Shown here piece by piece: positions 24,094 to 37,130 of a DNA stretch of 64,000 nucleotides (its first letter is position 1; each line of letters starts with the position of its first letter). The notes beneath the pieces are model-generated. The model was not told where the DNA came from. It did no database searches and saw only the letters and a list, made by a program, of their open reading frames with translations. Source of the stretch: Callorhinchus milii (taxonomy: Eukaryota); the NCBI RefSeq assembly GCF_018977255.1, contig NW_024705102.1:1-64000 (forward strand). Direction: 5' to 3'. The position numbers were made by a program, and so were the translations under genes.

Positions 24094-25590
24094 GTAAGTT
24101 TTTGTGTTTAATCAATGAATTCCTGAACTTTGGTCATTCACCCGCATTTTACGATTCTTGTCCTCATGATTCCACAATCACTTCTCTTCAGTGCATAAGA
24201 CTCATTAGGGAGCATCACAATTTTTAGTCATCTGTTTTATGTGATTGATTAGCTAGTAATTTTCTGACATCAGTTTAAAAGAAATGATCGCATTAACGAG
24301 CATTAGCCGCTAAATGGGTATAATTAATATGATCGCTAATCTGATGGTTAAGTAATATAGTGAGTGAATTAATTGCAGTGAATAGTGAGGAAGATGGCAA
24401 GGGACTCAGGGAAGATACATCATTAACACATTGATAGTCAAAGTCTTTTAGGAAATTCTTTCATTTCCCTGCCTACTTTTATTGTTTCTTACCTCTTTTT
24501 GCATTGATATAATTAACCACTCAATCCATGGCATCTAATCTCCCCTCAGCACAGGTAGGGAGGTGACAGGGCGTGAACGCACTTGTGGACTGCTGAGAGG
24601 ATCTTGAAATCAATCCTTTCTTTGATAGAAAACCAGTGAAGCCTGACGAGGGCAGGTGTAATGGCAGTATGGAATTCAGTGTGTGTCAGTATACAGGCTG
24701 CAGATTCCTCGTTCGAATCGAAGCCGAATTTACCTTCGGAAAAAAAGTTGTTTAAAATATTTGAAGAAATTACTGAATCGACAATTATTTGTGATTGCAA
24801 TCCAAGCGATATTTGAACCAATCTTGGATATTGAGCAATCTAAACAAACGGTGACTAAATTTAAAATAATATACCAACTTCATTTCTCCATCACGGGCAG
24901 TGATCAATCGCTTCCTATTACAATCCATGCATTTGATACTGCGCCTTATCATGTTATTGAGACACCAAAAATTGCATCACAGTATTATTTGTGAAGTTTG
25001 CCATGGGGAATTATTGTTATTCTTGTGCTTTGCCTGCTGACATCATCAATTGTCTCACCACTCCCAATTGCCAAATTAATCGAAATTTCTGCCTTATACA
25101 ACTCAATAGCCTGTGGAGATATGCTCACCTCAGTTTTAAAATGTTACCCCTGAAACTCACCTTGAAACTTCACCTTAAACACCTACGGCTAAGCGTTCTT
25201 CTTCCAGTGATAATGCTATTTTGTAATAAATATTTCTGGCAACCCGATATGTTAAGCTGTCGTATGCTGGTTACACAAGCCTCAGTTTAACGGGCAGTAA
25301 GCAGGAACTCTTTAGTTATTTGATGGCGGATTGCATTTCCGATCGGAATAATCCCTAAAAACGAATTCATTCAATCCAGGACTGTATTTCGGTCACTCCT
25401 TTGCCGCGTTTTGCCTACAACACATAAAGTCAATCAATTCACAGTATATTCTGTAAAGCAATTTAAGACGTCTCCACAACACGAAAAGGTGTTGCATGAA
25501 TTGGAAAGATTATTCGAGGTATGATTATCGAAACGATGGCATTATTTTCATTAAATGAATCTGATGTTGTTTATGATTTATTTCTTGTAG

Positions 25591-26486
25591 TTAACTTGGT
25601 GACGATTGTGATCCTGTCCCGAGGAAAGTGCGGTCTCTCCACATGTATCACTCGCTACCTGGTGGCCATGGCAGTGGCAGACCTGCTGGTGGTGATCACT
25701 GATGTGATGTGGAAGCGCATTCCAGAAACCTATATGATGCAATTTATTTTCCTGAACATGACTCCTATCTGCTGCATCCGTGAGGTGCTTTTCCATGCAA
25801 CCACCACCTGTTCTGTTTGGCTCACAATCGCTTTCACCTTTGATCGATTTGTAGCAATTTGTCATCAGAAACTGAAAACCAAATACTGCACCGAGAAAAC
25901 AGCGACTGTGGTCATTGTGTCGATCTCTGTGTTCAGCTGTGTGATCAACATACCCTGGTACCTCGAACTTGAACCGCTATTTATAATTAACAACACGCCT
26001 TGGTTTTGTGTTGTGAAAGGAAGTTTTTATTTTCATGGTATGGACCGCTTTTCGTTGTTTCACTGCATTTTACGCCATTTATCCCATTTGTTCTCATTTT
26101 GCTGCTCAATGTTCTGACCATCAGATATATCTTAGTGACCAATGCTGCACGGAGAAGGCTCCGAGGCCACAGCAACGGGGAAAATCAGAAAGATCCAGAG
26201 ATGCAGAATCGTAGGAGATCCATCATTTTGCTGTTTACAGTAACGGGGAGTTTTATATGCTTATGGGTGACGTATGTGATAAGTTATTTTATACCAAGTT
26301 CAATTTACGTATTTTAATTTAACTGGTGATGCAGGTAAATTCCTAAAAGTCGGCAATATGCTTCGACTTTTCAGCTGCTCTACAAACACATGTATTTATG
26401 CTTTGACACAATCCAAATTCAGAAAACAGCTGAAGAATATGGTGAATTACCCATTGTATCAAATATTGATTCTGATCAGATCATAA
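25591..26486 (+). CDS. GPCR-2 exon 2: GPR139-like GPCR, frameshifted as assembled (pseudogene or sequencing errors)
   Basis: Acceptor ttcttgtag|; VNLVTIVILSRGKCGLS..AFTFDRFVAIC..; four 1-nt losses at ~26030-26075 and a 2-nt loss at ~26290 relative to GPCR-3; ends ..CSTNTCIYALTQSKFRKQLKNMVNYPLYQILILIRS TAA. Confidence 0.85.
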
Positions 26487-27289
26487 GAATTTGCTGGCGA
26501 GAGAGGATCAAGATCCATTTAGTTCGCCTTCCGCCTGCCTTCGACAAACTTGACATGTCGTCTCCCAAACTACATACGATATCTGTATTTTTATGTGTGT
26601 TTGTGTGTGTGCGTGTTTGTGTGTGTGCGTATCCTGTATCATAAGATATTATTTTCTTGCAGTAATCTGTCTAATTTTTTCTTGGAACAAACTTTTTCTG
26701 CTTTCGGTGTCTCCCTCAGAAACCTGCTCCATAAGTTTACTCCACGATCACTGAAGTAATTTTTTCCGCACAATTGTTCCGAAATTGCCCCCTTCAGCTC
26801 TTAGTTTTATGAAATGTTAAAGGCTCCGGAAATTCTCTCAAACAAACATCGTAGAGGAGTTTCTCTATGGCTTCTCCGGTGACTGATCAGAAAGATTGGC
26901 ACATGGTAGAAAATGTAGTGGTAGACCAGTATCTGAAACCACTGCTATTAACCGAGCAATCGCAATCCCTAAATCCACGACGGCTGTCCTGGAAAAGCCA
27001 ACGGGACATCTTGCCAGACAGAATTTCCAATAGCTCCCTTGCCGGTTTAAATGTTTAGTATTTAGCTGCTATACTCTTTAGTTATTCAGCAGACACTAAG
27101 TTTACCAATAGTTATAGTAACTGTGATAATAATCTTTGCATTTGATATAGATCTTCACAAAATATACTGTTACGTAAATTGTCCGCTTGAGGGCGAAACA
27201 AAACAGGCAGTTGCGCACAACAGTATCTCATTGAATATGACCAATTTATTATTGTTTTCTTTTGGAAGAATTATTGTCAGGCTCGTGGT

Positions 27290-27665
27290 ATCAGGAAACT
27301 TGTCCAAGGTTTAAACATGCCTGGAATTGTATCCAGGTGTCTCGCTTTCAAGCCGAGTGCTCTGACCACTGAGCACAAGGACTCCTGTGGTACCCAGCAG
27401 CTCCATGGGTAGACCACTCACCTCACAAAAGAGAAATCTGTGTAGGATTCCGGCATGGCGAAACCTTAGGAAAGTTTCCTTACTCCACAAACACGGCCCA
27501 TTATAATCGGTGAAGAATATAAATCATGGATTTTTCACTTCAATCCGCGACTATTTGTGTGATACCGCTGGGCGCCGTTGGCAGCCGCGTTTCGCCCATA
27601 AATACAGAGTCACTTAACTTGATAGTTTGTACTGTAAATCGCTTTGCGATATCTGGAACAAGTGA
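27290..27665. mobile_element. Two degenerate SINEs joined head-to-head
   Basis: Minus-strand head at 27300-27386 (gcctggaattg..ccactgagcacaaggactcc) abuts a plus-strand head/body at 27387-27665. Confidence 0.65.
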
Positions 27666-28444
27666 TAAGAAGCTGATTTTTTGTTACAAGAATTATTATT
27701 TATGTCATTAATTGCTTTTTCTGGAAACGTTAAGCCTTTTTCGCAAGACATGGGGCAACATTGCACGGGAATTGTGAGTTTAATAATCAGAGTAAAAATG
27801 GATATCATCGGAGTGGATTTTCAAGAGCTTCCCTCGAATCGATATACAATGTTGGCTCATGACCCGACTGTAGATCGCCACAGAGAGCTGACGCTTTAAG
27901 GACATCTGATTGCGAAACACATCACCTTGGTGCCTATTCATCTCCAAGGTCACCCCGGCTTATCTCAACCCAAGGACATTACACAATGTTTGTCATTTGT
28001 AATCTGACAAGCGCGGTTTTCAGCCTCACTTGATGGAGATTAGGTACAAGGAAATTCTTACGCGATTCACGGTGCAAAATACATCTGAACATCAAAGCTA
28101 TGAGACACAATTTGTACCCATTGAAACTGCACAGGACTTTAACACTTCATTAAATGACTCTTTGTTTAATACGCTATTCAATAAATACAATTTACTTAAA
28201 GTGAACTATTCATTAAAGGTCTGTTTGTTTCATGAGCTCTTCAATAACACAACAACTAATATCAAATTGAACTGCTCAGTAAAGGGCACTTGTTTAATGT
28301 GCCGTTAAAAAAATACGATATATATCAAATTAAAATCTTCATTTAAGATCGCTTTGTTTAATGTGACATTCGATGCCTACAGTTCATACCAAAACTATTG
28401 CTCATTAAAGGCCTCTTTGTTTAAAGTGCAGTTGATTTCAACAA

Positions 28445-29125
28445 AAAATAACAAAATTACATTTCCGAACTCTTTTCACGTCGGGAGGACGTCCCAATGC
28501 GCTGAAAAGTCAGGACTCGTGGCCCGAGTATGGGGAGGGGTGGTGTATGCGTGAGGGAAGGCAGATAGTTGGGAGTGAGACCAAAGGCGCTGTCGAAGCG
28601 AATGGTCTTGAAGCTGACCTTGAAGGAGGAAAGGGAGGAAGAGTTGCAAAGCGACCGTCGGATGGAGTTCCAGAGTGAGGGGTCGAAGAGGTTGAAAGCC
28701 CGGCCACCGATGGTAAGGCGGATCGTGCGGGTGACCTGCAGTAGGACGGGGCTGGTTGAGCGGGCTGTTTATTAGGGAATCAGCAGGTTAGTGAGGTAAG
28801 AGGGCGCATTGCCATGGATGCACTTCAAGTTCAGGACGAGGATCTTGATCCAGATACTCTGGGGGAAGGGGAGACAGTGGAGTCGGGCGGCTGCGGGATT
28901 GATGGTGTCGCGTAGCCTGGTGCGAGAGAGTACAGGAGCTGCAGAGTTTTGGATGATGTGCAGCTTGTGAAGGGAAGAGTTGGGAAGGCCGATGAGGGGG
29001 CAGTTCCCGTCGTGAGGCAGCGGCGGAGTCTGTCCAAGTTGCGGAGTTGGTGGCAGGCATTGCCTCTCATGGCGTGGATGTGGAGGAGAAAGTATAGTAC
29101 AGGATCAAACAAGTTACACAGGTTC
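28445..29125 (-). mobile_element. L2 3' fragment
   Basis: Reverse-complement tail ttttcacgtcgggaggacgtcccaatgcgctg; minus-strand ORF2 end RNLCNLFDPVL.FLLHIH..HQLRNL.RLRR. Confidence 0.85.
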
Positions 29126-29281
29126 CTGACTGAGAGAGAGTGCGAGCGAGAGAGTGCGCGTGCAAAAGAGTGTGCGTGCAAGAGAGAACATTCGCCCCAT
29201 AGAGTGTTCGTATGAGATAGTGTGCACAAGAGAGAGTACACGTGAGTGCGTGTGAGCTTTGGAGTTCGTAAGCTGAAAAGA

Positions 29282-29606
29282 GTGGAGTCCTGTAGCTCAG
29301 TGGTTAGAGCACTCGCTTTGCAAGCGAGAGACCTGAGTTCAATTCCAGGCAGGGCGAAACCTTGGGCAAGTTTCCTTACTCCACACGCCTAATAATAATC
29401 CCTCCAAAAAAACAAAAAACAAAATAAAATTGTCATTTTCAATCTACGACTGTTTGGGGACATTGCTGTGCGCAATTGGCTGCCGCGTTGCCACAAATAT
29501 ACAGTCAATTCACTTTACAGTGTGTTCTGTGAAGCGCTTTGGACGTCTCCCGACGTGAAAAGCGCTATATCAAATGCAAGGATTATAATTATTATTATTA
29601 TTATTA
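29282..29606 (+). mobile_element. Young full-length tRNA(Ala)-derived SINE
   Basis: Nearly identical to 22051-22396, with (att)n tail; inserted in a GA/GT-rich microsatellite. Confidence 0.92.
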
Positions 29607-29759
29607 AAGAGAAATTGTGCGAGAGAGTGCGCGTGCCAGCGAGTGTGCGAGCGAGGGAAAGTTTGAGTGAAAGAGTGCCCGCAAGCGATTGCGCACGAGA
29701 GGGAGCTCATCGAAGAGAGAGACTGCGCGAGAGTGCGCAAGCAAGAGTGTGTGCATACG

Positions 29760-31935
29760 GCCACTGCCATCACCCATGGACTTGACATTTCGACCTCAGC
29801 ATAGTGAACAATATCATCTCCGACCATTTCTTCATCTCCTTCTCCTCTCACATCACTCTCTCCTTGACCAATCCCTCAATCATCCTCCACCGACCTTGGA
29901 GAAGGCTAAACCTGAAAGCCCCCAAAAAGCTCTATCATCAGCAAATTTCCTATCCTTCTGGCCTTCCGTGCAGCTGCTCCATTATGGCCTCTCCTCCACA
30001 TTCAAATCCCTCGTCCCCTTAAAATACAGGACCATCTCCAAGCCCACCCAGTCCTCCCCCGCGCCGGTACAACAACCATCTTCGCCGCCAATAAACCAAA
30101 CCCGTCTGCTCGAGCGCAGATGACGGACTACTGGCCTGGCAGCTCACCACCAACTGTGACTCGAGCATCTCCACAGCTTCCGACGTTTTTTGACGCACGC
30201 AAAAACGGCCTTCTACTCCAATATCATCTTGAAGGATAAACACTTCCCAAAATCCTTTTTTTCCACTACTCGCTTCCTCCTTCGTTCCCCCCTCAGGCCT
30301 CCTCAATCTTCATATCCAAAGCCAAGTGCGAGGAGGACATGGACTTAGTTTCATCTAAAATACTTAACACCGGCCAGGCAGCCTCATGCCCCTGCACCTT
30401 GTCTCCCACCACCACTCGCTCTATTTCCCCCTTACCCTCCTCATCATCTGCTCCTATCTCAACCCACTTGCTGTTCTACTTCCTCGCCAGCTCTACGTCC
30501 TCCTTCTCACCCACCATGACATCCATGAATCCCAGAACCTGCTGCATCGACCCCCTGCCCACCAACTTACTGGTCACACAGCTGCCCTTCATCTGCCCAT
30601 TACTGGTTGACAATATCAACCAGTCCCTCTCCTCCGGATTAGTCGCTCCCTCCCTCAAAACTGCTGTCATCACCACCCTCCTGAAAAAACGCTCCCTAGA
30701 TCCCTCAAACCCCAGACACTGCCTCCCCATTTCTAAACTGGTCTTCCTCCCAGAAGTTCAAGACCGCGCTGTTGCAAACCAAATCTGCTCTAACCTCTCC
30801 TCCTACTCCCTCTTCGAACCCCTCCAGTCCGGTTTCCGACCACAGTACAGAGACTGCGCTTGTGAAAGTCACAAACGACATCCTCTCTATCTGTGACCAT
30901 GGCTCGCACTGCCTCCTTGACCTCCGGGACCTCACCGCCCCGTTCGGCACAGGCGATCACGCCAGCCACCTCCTCGAACTTTCCTCCATCATCCAACTCA
31001 ATGGGACCGCACTCGTCTGGTTCGAGTCTTACCTCACAAACCGCCAGCACTACTTCTGCACAAACGGCTTCTCCTCCAGCTGTCACACTTCTTCTTTCTG
31101 ATCTACATGCAGATTTTCTTTAGCTGAAGGTTGACAAGAAGGAAGCCATACTCTTTGATTCTCTTCAACGTCTAAAATCTCACGGCGCTCACATCCTCCA
31201 CCCGCCCGACATGCCGCTTGTACTCTGCGAAACGGTACGCAACCTACGCGTCATGGTAGACCTCCAAATATCCTTCCTCCACCAAATCCGGTTCCTCACC
31301 AGCACCGCTTTCTTCCACCTGCGACGTATCGCCCGTCTCCGCCAATGCAACTGCCCAAAAGCCCCTGAAACCCTAGTCACTGCCTTTGGCACCTCTCGGC
31401 TGGACTACTCTGACGCCCTCCTCGGCGTTCTCCCCTCTTCTTCATCCATAATATCCAAATCATTCAAAACTCTGCAGACCGCATTCTTCCCCGAACCATA
31501 TTCCGCTCCACGATCACCCCAGTACTGGCCGGACTGCACTGGCTGCCTATGCCTGAGAGGATCGACGTCAAGATCCTCACCTTTGAATTCAAATGCCTCC
31601 ACTCATCTGCACCCCCCGACATCTGTTAACTCCTCTCTCCTCAAGACAGTACCCCTTCCCTTTGTTCATCCGGTTCTGGACTCCTCCTCGTCCCTCGGGT
31701 CCTCCGCCTCACCCGCTGCGGCCGCTCGTTCAGCCAATACGCCCCGCGCCTCCGGAAATACCTTCCTCACTCCCTTCGCCTCGCTCCTTCTCTTCCTATT
31801 TTCAGGTCTCGGCTGAAGAACATTCTTTTCGACCGTGCCGTTTGGTCACCTTTCTCCCCCACCCACTGGCTCGGCCCCCGGGACCATTCTGAGACGCGCT
31901 GAAAAAATGCAAGTTGTTGTTGTTGCTGTTGTTGT
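29760..31935 (+). mobile_element. 5'-truncated degraded L2 LINE
   Basis: ISDHFFISF; TCCIDPLPT..LKTAVIT.LLKKRSLD..PISKL.FL; [19 protein letters not shown]; VRNLRV..FFHLRRIARLR..SRLDYS; (ttg)n end. Confidence 0.92.
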
Positions 31936-33299
31936 TATAATTATCAATATATATATATTGTAAATAATACGTATTATAATAATTAAATCATATAATTGAT
32001 CATATTTGTATCATATATGAAATGGTAAAATAATGCCCATGTCTGTCTCTGCTTCGTGAAGGAACTCAATCACCGATTGACATAGCGACATCATTTATAG
32101 CTCATCGGGAATGGCTTGTACATGGGAGTGACATGGGATATGCTTTTTCAGTTGTCTTCTATCGTTCATGAATTATTTTCAGATTGCATTTTTCGCTCTT
32201 TTTACAACTGCTCAGAGTCAAACTGGTGCTGTGGCATCGTGCGCCCGAATGCATATATGTGTATCGAAGCTGCGGGAACAACATGAAAAATGCAGATAAG
32301 CTAAGCCCCAACAACAACAACACAATTTTTAAAGCACCGAATCCTCCCACCGAGTCCTACCAAAAGGAGTCGTCCCTCAGTCGTCCTCCCATATGAGTGT
32401 AAATCAAGATGAAATGTGTGTCTGTCTGTCTGTCTGTGTGCCATTCAACCATTCATACCAAATCCTTTGACTGCAAGCGTAGCTACAACTTGTACAGCTG
32501 ATAATAATAAAAATACTCTTACCATATTAAATAAATGTCCAAAACAATATATAATGGAATTATGTAATTATTTTAAAATAATATAGTCAAATACATTATA
32601 CAATATAATAAAATGTATTAAATGAATTGATGTGCTCAAATTAAATATTTTTTTAAAATTTATAATGTATTGTATTATGTAAATAATATCTTATTTGATA
32701 CCTGTTTGATATAAAATATCTGAATCGTTATAAATAATATAGAATCATTATTTTTTTCTAAGATACAGTGCGAGTGAGGCGGTAAGAGAGACATTAATTT
32801 TCCATTAATTTGAAAATTGTAATAATAATTATAGTACTGTAACTATTTTCCTTGCGTTTGGTATAGCGTTTTTCACGCTTCCTAGACGTCTAACAGCGTT
32901 TCGCAGATTAAACTGTAAAGCAAATTGACACAGCAGTGTCCCACAAACTGTCATGGATTGAAGTGACCAATTTTGCATCACACCGAAATCAACCTTAACA
33001 ATGAGCCTGTTTCTAGAATTACAATTATGATGTCTTTATAATAATAATCATAATATGAAATAGAATATTATATAATTCCGTAATGATCTAATAATATTAC
33101 GAAAGGAGCCTAATGGTACTAGCTATATGAATGGAAACACTGTACATTTCGACACACATACGTATAAGTCGGACGACAGTAATTGCTGATAACCCGTGTG
33201 TCTGACACAACGCGATACACCCTCCCCCCACCTCAACCTCCACCCCAGTCCACCCTTACCCACCCCCCCCCACCACACACACACCGACAAACAGAGAGA

Positions 33300-33490
33300 G
33301 ACCCACCGTGACAGAGAGAGAGAGAGAGAGACAGAGAGAGAGACAGAGTAAGAAACAAAGAAAGACAGGGAGAGAGAGAGAGATCGAGAGAGAGAAAGAG
33401 AGCTACAGAGGGAGACTCGGAGAGAGACAAGGAGAGTTACAAAGATACAAAGATAAACATTGGAAAGAGAGAGCGCGAGAGAGAGCTCAG
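33300..33490 (+). repeat. GA-rich microsatellite
   Basis: (GA)n degenerate. Confidence 0.8.
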
Positions 33491-34039
33491 CACTGACTAA
33501 AACTGCTCACACCAGGAAATGAGAAGATTCTCCGGGTTGTGGTCTCAACACGTCTGGTAACCAATGGGAGACGAAAAATACGAAATTTTCACAATATTTT
33601 CCTGTAACGTTCCTGTTGCACAATTGGCTTCTGTGTTTTCCCTCCAGCATTTATCTGCTGACAAAACATGTGAATGAGCAGAAAACAGGAGGTAATTTTG
33701 CAACAGGAAAGTGAAGAAACTTCACCATGAATTTTTCTTTTGTGGACTCGCATTGGTCAGTGAATCTGTTCAGTTCAAAGCACTGAGATAGTCGTGTCAT
33801 TTCGTGATGTGAGCGATATTGAAAAGGGGTCAGTTCTGCCTTTGTCTAACCCTGTCTCCCTGTCTGTTAGTCTATCTCCCTGACTCCGTTTCTCTGTGTC
33901 TCTCAGTCTCTCGGTCACTCTCTCTCTCTCTCCCTCTCAGTATCTCTCTGGCTTGTGGAGTATATCCACTGTCTTAGTGGCTGAGTGGTGAGGGAATCAC
34001 ACGGAGCAGGAATAGCCTGGGTCAGGCAGTGGAGCGGAG

Positions 34040-34133
34040 ATGGAAAGAGGGCATTCCCTGTCCCGAGCTGGGCTCAGTCTCACCTTCATATCATTCTGCT
34101 GGATGTTCCTGCAGCTCTGTGTCCTCACTTCAG
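34040..34133 (+). pseudogene. IgSF receptor gene, signal-peptide exon
   Basis: ATG MERGHSLSRAGLSLTFISFCWMFLQLCVLTS G|gtac; 94 nt, phase 1, compatible with the V exon acceptor. Confidence 0.7.
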
Positions 34134-34244
34134 GTACGCATCCACACTCCTGATCTCTCCTCTCTCTGCCTTTCACCCCAGGGTATACCTTGTGCTGTGT
34201 GTTATCACAATCTGCCAATTTGTGCTATTCTATATAAATATAAT

Positions 34245-34530
34245 AATACTCATTGCATTTGATATGGCGCTTTTCACGTCTTCTAGACGACTCAAACCGC
34301 TTCCCAGACGAGAATGTAGAGTGTATTTTCTGTATATTTGTGGGCGAAGTTTGGCAGCGAATTGCGAAGAGCAGTGTCCCACAAACAGTTGTGAATGTAA
34401 ATGATCAATTTATTATTGTTGCTTTTTTACTTGACCGATTATTATCAGGCGTGTGGAATGCGGAAAGTTACCCAAGGTTTCACCCTGCTGGGAAACGAAC
34501 CCAGTTCTCTCTATGTACCTGGATATATAT
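34245..34530 (-). mobile_element. Degenerate SINE
   Basis: ttgcatttgatatggcgcttttcacgtc is the reverse complement of the SINE tail; body cagtgtcccacaaacag. Confidence 0.75.
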
Positions 34531-35862
34531 CAGTTGATCACAGACAGTCTCGCCTCCGAGGCAGAAGTTTGCCGTTAACAGCCACACTCGAGAACACCCC
34601 ACCACCCACAAACACACACAAACACGTCGGTGGGGCTTTGAACTCCCAATCCAGGTTGACCATCCAGCGCAGCGCTGGGGCAAGAGATGGAGCGAGTAAA
34701 TGCAGCATTATCAGAGACGTCAAACCTCACTCACTGAGAGAGAGATAGAGATGTTGAGAGAGAGGGAGAAAGAAAGAGAGCTTCCTGTTCTAGTGAGCCT
34801 TCAGTCACCCTCCCTACACTCCCTGCCCTCCAACCTCCTGATCCCAAACCCCAGCATGTGACCTGTTCATGACGTAGATTGAAGATTTCTCATGGCGCAG
34901 CCAGTAAAAGAGATAGGAATTTCTCTCTCTCTCTCTCTCTCCTTCTCTCTATCCCTCACGCTCTCTCACTCTTTCTCTCTCGGTGTCCTGGCCGAACGAT
35001 AAAATGGCCAGTTCACTTCACGGCTGTTTGGAGGGAGGTGCTGCGTGCCATTAGCTGCCGACTAGGCCCGCAATGCACAGTCACTAAAATTCACAATGTA
35101 TCTTATGAAGCGCTTAGTGTTGTTAAAGGCTCTGTGTGAAAGCTAACTCTTGCTATGATGATTTCAGTCTCCTTTGTACTTCCTTATTTGGCTTTGAGTG
35201 AGGAGAGGAGAGATGGTCTCTCATCATCAAGCTGCTGATCAGACCAACCATGGCACTTCCCCTTACACAGGACATGAGAGGCCGGACTTCTGTCTCCACC
35301 AAACAGTCACCAGCCACAACCACAAACTGCACTTACACTGTGACTTTCACGTCGGGAGGACGTCCCAAAGTGTTAAACGCTCTGGGACGTTTCACTGAGT
35401 GAATGGAGCTATATAAATGCAAAATGTTGCTGTTGTTCAACAATGAGGGGTTTGTACACGAGCTGGGGTTTGGGTTCAGGAGGGTTGGAGGGCAGGGAAG
35501 GCAGGAGGGTGATCGAAGGCAACTCTGTGTATCTCCTTCAACTCTGTATCTCTGTCTTTCTCTGTCCATCTCAATCTGTGTGTCTCTCCCATATTTTTAT
35601 CCTTCACTCTTTCCCTCGCTCTCTCGTACATTTTAACTCTCCGATTTTTCTTCCTCACTTTTTCCTTCACCGACACCACTCTTCGCCTGTCAAAATGTTT
35701 CATCCGCCACCTCTCCCTCTGTCCCTTTCTCTCTCTCTCCCTCTCATTACCTGCATCTCCCGCTTTGGTCTCCCTCATTCTTTCCCTAACTTTCGATTCT
35801 CTCCTTCCTCTCACACTCCTTCCCTCTCTGCGATGTGCTGCTTACCACGACCTACACAATAT

Positions 35863-36210
35863 GTGGAATCCTGTAGCTCATCGTTTGGAGCTCGCGCCTC
35901 ACATACGACAGCTCTGGCTTTAAGTCCTGGTCGGGCGAATTGTTAAGCAAGTGTCCTTTCTCCATACACCAATGTTTACCTTGCAGTTAATAGGGACACA
36001 CTTGTTAGTTGATAAACGGATCACTTTTCCAGGAGTAAAACTTTTCCCGGGGTGAACTGTTCATTCAATCCATTGCTGTTTGTGGGACACTGCTGTTCGA
36101 AAATGGCTCCTAAAATATAAAGTCAAGTCACAGTATATTCTGTGAAGCGCTTTTAGCCACCATGAGAACGTGATAAGACGCTGTAACTATTGCACATATT
36201 ATTATTATAC
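35863..36210 (+). mobile_element. Older SINE with longer central region
   Basis: Head gtggaatcctgtagctca; body attgctgtttgtgggacactgctg; tail gtgaagcgctttta. Confidence 0.8.
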
Positions 36211-36313
36211 GCAGTATGATGTGCTCATGATCAGAAGTGCATGACTTGCGCCGTTTGCTGTTGATTGGGTAAGGAATGCTTCTCAGTCTGTTTCGCTTTT
36301 ATCTCCTATCCAG

Positions 36314-36673
36314 GCTCCGTGGGAAGTGGGAAGAGAGAGAGTTATGTGGTGTCTAACGGCACCAGAACTGTCTTACTGCCCTGCTCTCCTGGGGCTAGGA
36401 CAGGATTCACACACGCTACATGGGATTGGATCACAACCTCAGGGAGAGAAGGATACAGATTGTGTGTGATAACCGAAGACAGATTTGTGTGTAACTCCTC
36501 GCATCACAAGGAGATATCAGTGGCCGATTCCAACGCTTTCTAGTCAGGGAATCTCTCTCTGTTTCTAACACCTACAATGAATCTTGATGGGGAGTATCAG
36601 TGTATTCTTTATAAACAAGAGAAGGAATGTCAAACTGTACACAAATCCATCGTCCATCTGATAGTGTTTCACG
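36314..36673 (+). pseudogene. IgSF V-set domain exon (CD4/LAG-3/G6F-like), premature TAG at 36541
   Basis: 360-nt phase 1-1 exon (cctatccag| ... |gtgagt): TVLLPC..ATWDW..DSNAF*SGNLSLFLTPTMNLDGEYQC..IVHLIVFH; B-strand Cys, C-strand Trp and D-G-x-Y-x-C present. Confidence 0.88.
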
Positions 36674-36699
36674 GTGAGTTACTGCATAGACATGACTGA

Positions 36700-37130
36700 T
36701 CTCTCGACATGTGTATCTCTCTCTGTCTCAGTCATTCTCTCTCACACCCTCTCGTTCTCTGTTCCTCAATCAGCCTCTCCATCTTCATTCCTTCCTTCCT
36801 TCCTTCCTTCCTTCCTTTCTTTCTTTCCTCCTTTTTTTCTTTCTTTCTTTCTTTCTTTCTTTCATTTACTTGATCATTCTTTCATTCATGTATTATTTTT
36901 TTTACCTAGCTCTCTCTTTCTGCTTCTCTGTCGCCCTCTCTTGCAGTCTGTTTCTCTTTCTTTCGGTCTCTCCTCTCTTCTTACTCTCTGTCCTTCATTA
37001 TTTTTCACTGCCTCTCTCTCTCTGTCTCTGTGTCTCTCTCTTTCAGTCCTTCTCTTGCTTTCACTCAATCTATCTTTCAGAGTTACCTTGTCTTCCTGTC
37101 TCTCTGTCCATTTCCTTCTCTCTGTCACTT
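36700..37130 (+). repeat. CT/CTTT pyrimidine-rich microsatellite in intron
   Basis: (CTTC)n(CTTT)n. Confidence 0.85.

Larger units (their letters stand above)
19150..26750 (+). repeat. Arm A of inverted segmental duplication (partner 52320-59190)
   Basis: Colinear reverse-complement matches, e.g. 20600-20665 vs 57880-57945, 21150-21600 vs 56940-57420, 23800-24095 vs 55340-55650, 24820-24920 vs 54225-54325, and the GPCR exons. Confidence 0.9.

Noticed and set aside
31940-33120. Very AT-rich block as origin or matrix-attachment region
   Set aside because: Composition alone is not evidence; it contains a decayed SINE tail.
35271-35345. Possible extra IgSF exon after ccccttacacag
   Set aside because: No donor site; runs into an inverted L2/SINE tail.
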